Source: Fibrobacteria bacterium
GTDB lineage: Bacteria; Fibrobacterota; Chitinivibrionia; Chitinivibrionales; FEN-1185
Direction of reading: 5' to 3'
DNA length: 47,151 nucleotides
Assembly (NCBI GenBank): GCA_037447435.1
Contig: JBBIGR010000013.1
Coordinates: forward strand, 1 to 47,151
Part shown: positions 42,373 through 47,151 of the stretch, in pieces
How the letters are laid out: each line of letters opens with the position of its first letter
Numbering within the stretch: the first letter of the stretch is position 1
Notes under the pieces: generated by a model
Told to the model about the DNA's origin: nothing
The model's input: only the letters and a program-made list of their open reading frames with translations
Databases searched by the model: none
Position numbers and translations under genes: made by a program

Positions 42373-42759
42373 ATGTCGTATTATCATTCAAAACGTATAA
42401 ACGTTAATTTCGAGGATGCAATAACGAGTGTCATCGAAGCCCTTAAAATTGAGGGCTTCGGTGTATTAAGCCAAATTAACATGTCGGAAAAATTAAAGGA
42501 AAAGCTCGGCATCGACATTCCTCGCTATGTGATCATTGGTGCATGCAATCCTCCTTTGGCGTATAAAGCCTTGCAGGCGGATGACAAAATAGGTGTTATG
42601 CTTCCGTGCAATGTTATTGTCCAGGAAAAGGAATCGGGCCATATTGAAGTGGCCGCCATAGACCCTATCGCATCGATGGCAGCAACAGGAAATGCCGCAT
42701 TGGAAAACATTGCCGCCGAAGTGAGCGGAAAATTAAAAAGAGTCGTGAATTCATTGTAA
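42373..42759 (+). CDS. DUF302 domain protein
   Basis: EGFGVL..I, IIGACNP..A..AL, IGVMLPCNVIV. Confidence 0.9.
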   Translation: MSYYHSKRINVNFEDAITSVIEALKIEGFGVLSQINMSEKLKEKLGIDIPRYVIIGACNPPLAYKALQADDKIGVMLPCNVIVQEKESGHIEVAAIDPIASMAATGNAALENIAAEVSGKLKRVVNSL

Positions 42760-42811
42760 AAAAACGTCGTATGGGAATTTATTCTCGAGCCGAATTCGGC
42801 ATGCGCATGAA

Positions 42812-43570
42812 ATGAAAAACCTGTTTATCATTCTTATTGCGTTATTGGTACGCCCTATTTGTGCCGACACTGCACCATGCAAGGGGTTGATTGACAGCGG
42901 AGATTATTTTTATAATGAGTTCAACAATGCCATTGCCTTCGACCTGTATTGTCATGCGTATGCGCATTGTCCGCAGAGTTACGAAGCTTTAATGAAAATG
43001 ACGCGCGCCTATATTGATAGAGGACAGGAAATAGAAGCATACCGAAGAGAATCGGTGCTTGTTACCGGATTACGCTTCACCGATACTTTGCGACAACGGT
43101 ATCCCGATTCGGCGCAAGGGTATTTTCTTGCCTCGGTTGCCGCTGGCAACCTTTGCTTTATTCGAAAAGGCGCCCGAAAAGTGGCACTGGTAAGAATGGT
43201 GGAACGCAATGCAAAAAAAGCAATAGAATTGTCGCCCGGGTTTGCTCCTTCATATGTGGTTTTGGGAATTTATTACCGGGAAATCGCGGTCGCGAACCCG
43301 ATTCTTAAATTGTTGGCACGGCTTCTTCTGGGCGGAATGCCCGACGGGACACTTGTAGAATCGGAAGCTGCACTTAAGCAGGCATTACAATTATCTCCAA
43401 ACAATATTTTCGCCTTATTGGAAATGAGCCGGACGAATTTGCTCATGGGAAAAAAGAGAGAAGCAATCGAAAATTTGACGCTGTTGCGGAAATCCGAACC
43501 CGCATGGTTTTTGGATGAAAAAATCAAGAAAAAAGGCGAGCAATTGCTTCAAACGATTACGCGCCGGTAA
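42812..43570 (+). CDS. Exported TPR protein (RMDN/PTPIP51-like helical repeat)
   Basis: Signal peptide; TPR units (AKKAIELSP...YVVLG.YY, LKQALQLSPNN); hydrophobic LKLLARLLLGGMP insertion. Confidence 0.7.
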   Translation: MKNLFIILIALLVRPICADTAPCKGLIDSGDYFYNEFNNAIAFDLYCHAYAHCPQSYEALMKMTRAYIDRGQEIEAYRRESVLVTGLRFTDTLRQRYPDSAQGYFLASVAAGNLCFIRKGARKVALVRMVERNAKKAIELSPGFAPSYVVLGIYYREIAVANPILKLLARLLLGGMPDGTLVESEAALKQALQLSPNNIFALLEMSRTNLLMGKKREAIENLTLLRKSEPAWFLDEKIKKKGEQLLQTITRR

Positions 43571-43622
43571 GATGACTTATGATAAAAAATAAACGAAATA
43601 GAATCTGAAACGGGGGGCCTGC

Positions 43623-44897
43623 ATGAAGTTAAGCGTTGCGTACAATTTTGATACGTCCCTTATTCCGAAGCTTGCGAAATACCCCGAAGTTTCCGAAGTA
43701 TACGGGAAGCTTGACAAAGATATCATCGGCGGCGGACGTTCGACCTACACACTTAAGCCGACCTCATGGTCTGCTTTGGTTTTTGCAATACGGCAGGCTC
43801 ATGAAAATAATATCGCATTCAATTACCTGCTTAATGGCGCCACTTTGGGCGGTTTGGAGCAAACCAGAACCGGACAGCGCGCATTACGAAAGTTCATCGA
43901 ATCATTGGAAGACATCGGCGTCGATAATCTGACGGTCGCGTCTCCTTATCTTTTACGATTGATAAAAAACAGGTATCCGCATTTTAAGGTGCGAGTCGGC
44001 GTATTTGCATTGATCAATGACCCGATAAAGGCGAAAAGCTGGGAAGACATGGGGGCCGACACGCTGTGCATCAGTGCGACGTCGTGCAACCGGAATTTTC
44101 CTCTTTTGGCAACAATTCGAAGCGCCGTTTGTTGCGACGTGCAACTCATTGCCAATGCAAGCTGTCTTCCCAGCTGCACTCACGAGCTTACCCATATGAA
44201 TTTAATGACTGCAAGCTCCCGCAAAGGCGATGTCAATAAAGGGTTTTGCCTTGACCATTGTTTTCTTCACTGTTCCGCAAAGAAGATTATGGAACCGATC
44301 AATTTCATCCGCAGTACCTGGATACGTCCCGAAGACCTTACTATATACGAGCAACTGGGATATTCGAATTTTAAACTGGTCGAACGCTCATGCTCCACCG
44401 ATTTGCTTATGAAACGAGTGGCAGCGTATACGGCCAGGTCTTTTACCGGGAATTTGTTGGAAATCGCCGGTCCTGTAGCACAAATCAACAAGCAACAAGG
44501 CGCCTCGATTCGGCAGAGGATACGAATGGCACTGCTTATGTTCAAACCTCTTAAAATTAGGATTTCCACGTTACTGAAAACAAAACACTATGCTTCGACA
44601 ATCTTATTTTCCGATTTTAGCAGGGACAACGCGCCGGTATACATTGACAATAGTGCGCTGGACGGATTTTTAAACGGACTTATATTCCGCACCTGCGCGA
44701 CTCTTTCCTGCAAAGAATGCGGTTATTGTTCGGCATGGACAAAAAAAGCGGTGTCCATAGAACAATCGTACCGCCTGAATGCCTTGACACAGGCCAACGA
44801 ACTCGATGATGGCCTGCTGAGCGGCGCGCATTGGTTCGGGTCACGCCCTGTATTCGCGGAGCACGAGGCCGGCATTATGCCCTCCAAAAGCGAATGA
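43623..44897 (+). CDS. U32 'peptidase' family protein, Cys-rich (probable Fe-S enzyme)
   Basis: GGGR, AH...FNYLLN, GVDNLTVASP, WIRPEDL, FKLVER. Cys motifs C181xxxC185, C209, C213xxxC217 and a C-terminal CxxxxCxxCxxC. Confidence 0.8.
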   Translation: MKLSVAYNFDTSLIPKLAKYPEVSEVYGKLDKDIIGGGRSTYTLKPTSWSALVFAIRQAHENNIAFNYLLNGATLGGLEQTRTGQRALRKFIESLEDIGVDNLTVASPYLLRLIKNRYPHFKVRVGVFALINDPIKAKSWEDMGADTLCISATSCNRNFPLLATIRSAVCCDVQLIANASCLPSCTHELTHMNLMTASSRKGDVNKGFCLDHCFLHCSAKKIMEPINFIRSTWIRPEDLTIYEQLGYSNFKLVERSCSTDLLMKRVAAYTARSFTGNLLEIAGPVAQINKQQGASIRQRIRMALLMFKPLKIRISTLLKTKHYASTILFSDFSRDNAPVYIDNSALDGFLNGLIFRTCATLSCKECGYCSAWTKKAVSIEQSYRLNALTQANELDDGLLSGAHWFGSRPVFAEHEAGIMPSKSE

Positions 44898-46181
44898 CTG
44901 GGTAAATGCCGTTCTAATGTCGAACATCGCCGGTTTTGTGACAAAACTAAGTGGCCGTACCGGCTCGTCAAGATTTTTGCAGGCATGGGTTGTCTTGCGA
45001 GCGATACTCAGCGCCGTCACTGCAGTTTCGATGGCTCCAGCAGCGCCAATAGTATGGCCGGTCAGAGACTTGGTAGCATTTATCAATGGACGCGTACCAA
45101 AAATAGACTCGATGGTATTTGCTTCTATTTCGTCGTTTTGTTCGGTCGAGGTCCCGTGCGCGTTAATGTAATCGATTTCCCGGGGTAAAACATTCGCTTT
45201 TTCGAGGGCCAGCAGGATCATACGGCGGATTTGCTTTGCCGAAGCATCTATGCTCATTATCGAATGGGCATCGAAGGTTTCGGCATGAGAAAGCACTTCC
45301 GCAATAATGGGAGCGCCTCGATCTTTCGCTTGTGAAAGTTCCTCCAGGACAAGCACTGCACTACCGCCCTCCGCAAAAAGGAACCCGGATCTCTTTTTAT
45401 CGAACGGCCGGTTGGCCGTTTGGGGATCGGCGCATTGTTTTACCAGTGTTTTTGCGACATCGAAGCCGCGAAAAACCCCACCGTAATCATCGGCAACATA
45501 TTCCGCGCCTCCAGCAAGTGCGGCATCGGCCGTGCCATGGCTAATGGCCTCGAAGGCTTGGCCAATAGCCATGGTTCCGGAAGCGCAGGCATTGCAAAGG
45601 GTACGATTCGGCCCTGTTATCGAAAACCTGATGCCGAGAATCGCCGAACACGAATTGGGCATTGCCATGGAAACCGCAAACGGGTTGAAACGCGCAGGTG
45701 CGTGTACGACTTCGGAGAAATCGTTCGGTGAAAGCGATTTCTTTTGCAATAAGGTCGAGCATGGCGAGAGAATATGGTTTCCTTCATTTTGGGCAAATGA
45801 GGATATACCCCCGATGCCGGTGCCCATGAAAATGCCGGTACGGTCTCCGGAAAACCCCTCTATGGAAAACAGGTTTTTTTTCTCGTCTGTCAGCTTTGGA
45901 GGCAATCGCGCGTTTGTAAGCGCTTCCTGGGCCGAAAGTATCGCCAGAATGGTCGATTTGTCGAGTTGCATCCGCTCGATGCGAGTGATGCCGCGCGCAT
46001 CGAAATCGATTGTCGGAAGCGATGCCCAGAGGCGAGATTGCGGCTGCCAGTAATTGAGCCAATGCTCGGGAATGTGTTGAACCGATGAACGTGCCGCAAT
46101 GCTATTGTCCCAAAATTCCTCGGTTGTTGCGCCATTGGGCGCGACGACGCCGATTCCGGTGATGACAACGCGCCGTTTCAT
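44841..46181 (-). CDS. FabF-like beta-ketoacyl-ACP synthase (KAS II / type II KS)
   Basis: RRVVITGIG, NACASG (catalytic Cys), INAHGTST, KSLTGHTIGAAG, SFAFGGHNA. Confidence 0.92.
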   Translation of the reverse strand: MKRRVVITGIGVVAPNGATTEEFWDNSIAARSSVQHIPEHWLNYWQPQSRLWASLPTIDFDARGITRIERMQLDKSTILAILSAQEALTNARLPPKLTDEKKNLFSIEGFSGDRTGIFMGTGIGGISSFAQNEGNHILSPCSTLLQKKSLSPNDFSEVVHAPARFNPFAVSMAMPNSCSAILGIRFSITGPNRTLCNACASGTMAIGQAFEAISHGTADAALAGGAEYVADDYGGVFRGFDVAKTLVKQCADPQTANRPFDKKRSGFLFAEGGSAVLVLEELSQAKDRGAPIIAEVLSHAETFDAHSIMSIDASAKQIRRMILLALEKANVLPREIDYINAHGTSTEQNDEIEANTIESIFGTRPLINATKSLTGHTIGAAGAIETAVTALSIARKTTHACKNLDEPVRPLSFVTKPAMFDIRTAFTQSFAFGGHNAGLVLREYRA

Positions 46182-46447
46182 ACCGCAGCCACTTGGTTTT
46201 TTCGGGAATTGATAAACGCAACAACGTCGCCCACAGTTTCCAATGTCAAAGCCGTTTCGTCGGAAATCGGTTCCTTGAATACGTCCTCGAGCGACATGAG
46301 CAGCGATACGGTGTCGAGCGAATCGGCTCCCAGGTCGTTCTTGATATGGCTTTCCAGTTTTACCAATTCCGGCTTGACTTTAAGTACTTCGCATACGACC
46401 GCGACGGTCTTTTCATACAATGGGTCTTGTACCTGAACTGAGTCCAT
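46178..46447 (-). CDS. Acyl carrier protein
   Basis: DLGADSLD phosphopantetheine site. AAGGAG RBS before ATG 46447. ATGA overlap with the KS gene. Confidence 0.92.
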   Translation of the reverse strand: MDSVQVQDPLYEKTVAVVCEVLKVKPELVKLESHIKNDLGADSLDTVSLLMSLEDVFKEPISDETALTLETVGDVVAFINSRKNQVAAV

Positions 46448-46666
46448 GAATGCTCCTTTGTGAAAGTGAAATCGAATTCTCCGTAGTCCAATTACTAAAT
46501 TATTGATCGTTAACAATAACTAACCCCATGGGATAAATTTACTTTATATATTATCTACGTAAAAGCCTAAATAATTCCGATATAGGTACTAAAACACCTG
46601 TTGCTTTGTTTTTTGCGATAATTATATTTCCATCAATTATTCACTCGACTTCAACAAAGGCTTCGG

Positions 46667-47151
46667 ATGTTGCATTTGCCAATAGCCCGTATACGTTCCT
46701 GCGGAACCGCAAATCCGCCGGTGAAAATCGATCAGCGCAACGCGTTAGAACTTCTTTTGGTCCATTACAAAGACCAACTTTCCGATCGCGGGCTCGACGT
46801 GTTGTCGCAAACCCTTTCGCATCCATCAATTGCCTCCCGGTATTTTTCGTTCGATACCGCCGCCGAGCTCGTCAAAATGCGCGATGAGGATCCCGACGTA
46901 CGCGTCGCACGCTTTTCCCGATTTTCCGTCGAACTTTCGGCACAGGCGCTTCGCAATGCTCTAGCGCACATCGGGATGGCCCCTCAGTCTGTAGACATGG
47001 TCATTGTCAATACTTGCACGGGCTATCTTTGCCCTGGCATTTCGACCTATCTTACCGAAAAATTCGAATTCGCTCCCGGCGTCCGACTTTACGATTGCGT
47101 TGGCAGCGGATGCGGCGGGGCTGAAGGCCGGTGTCGCGCGGATCGACATCA
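46667..47151 (+). CDS. Type III polyketide synthase (chalcone/stilbene synthase family), 3' truncated; not in ORF track
   Basis: Translated by hand: MLHLPIARIRSCGTANPPVKIDQ...HPSIASRYF...ELSAQALRNAL...DMVIVNTCTGYLCPGIS...RLYDCVGSGCGGA. Catalytic Cys149 at 47111-47113. No stop before the window end. Confidence 0.88.
   Translation, partial: MLHLPIARIRSCGTANPPVKIDQRNALELLLVHYKDQLSDRGLDVLSQTLSHPSIASRYFSFDTAAELVKMRDEDPDVRVARFSRFSVELSAQALRNALAHIGMAPQSVDMVIVNTCTGYLCPGISTYLTEKFEFAPGVRLYDCVGSGCGGAEGRCRADRH

Noticed and set aside
43623..44897. Literal collagenase/protease function for the U32 protein
   Set aside because: No signal peptide, rich in Cys, and characterised U32 members are Fe-S hydroxylases.

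Overview
47 kb of bacterial DNA, open at both ends. The secreted proteins carry T9SS-like C-terminal domains and the metabolism looks anaerobic, which suggests an FCB-group organism, possibly Fibrobacterota (inference). The window has three parts. (1) 1-8150: three secreted right-handed beta-helix proteins, two of them close paralogs, and a BNR/beta-propeller protein. (2) About 8200-42800: a large stress and storage island with an AI-2E transporter, mlaEFD, gndA, hemerythrin, a treS-maltokinase fusion, malQ, YihY, a TamB/TamA-like pair, glgX, treY, treZ, a PRC-barrel protein, a P3A H+-ATPase, PPK2, ldh, rubredoxin and DUF302. (3) About 42800-47151: a truncated lipid/polyketide cluster with an exported TPR protein, a Cys-rich U32-family protein, a FabF-like ketosynthase, an ACP and a type III PKS that the ORF track misses. 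Two observations stand out. Twelve correctly oriented sigma54 (-24/-12) promoter motifs precede most transcription units, two pairs of them back-to-back, which suggests a sigma54-run general stress regulon. The T3PKS/ACP/KS/U32/TPR grouping could encode an O2-independent hydroxylated phenolic-lipid or alkylquinone pathway. All family calls come from reading motifs by eye; no searches were run.
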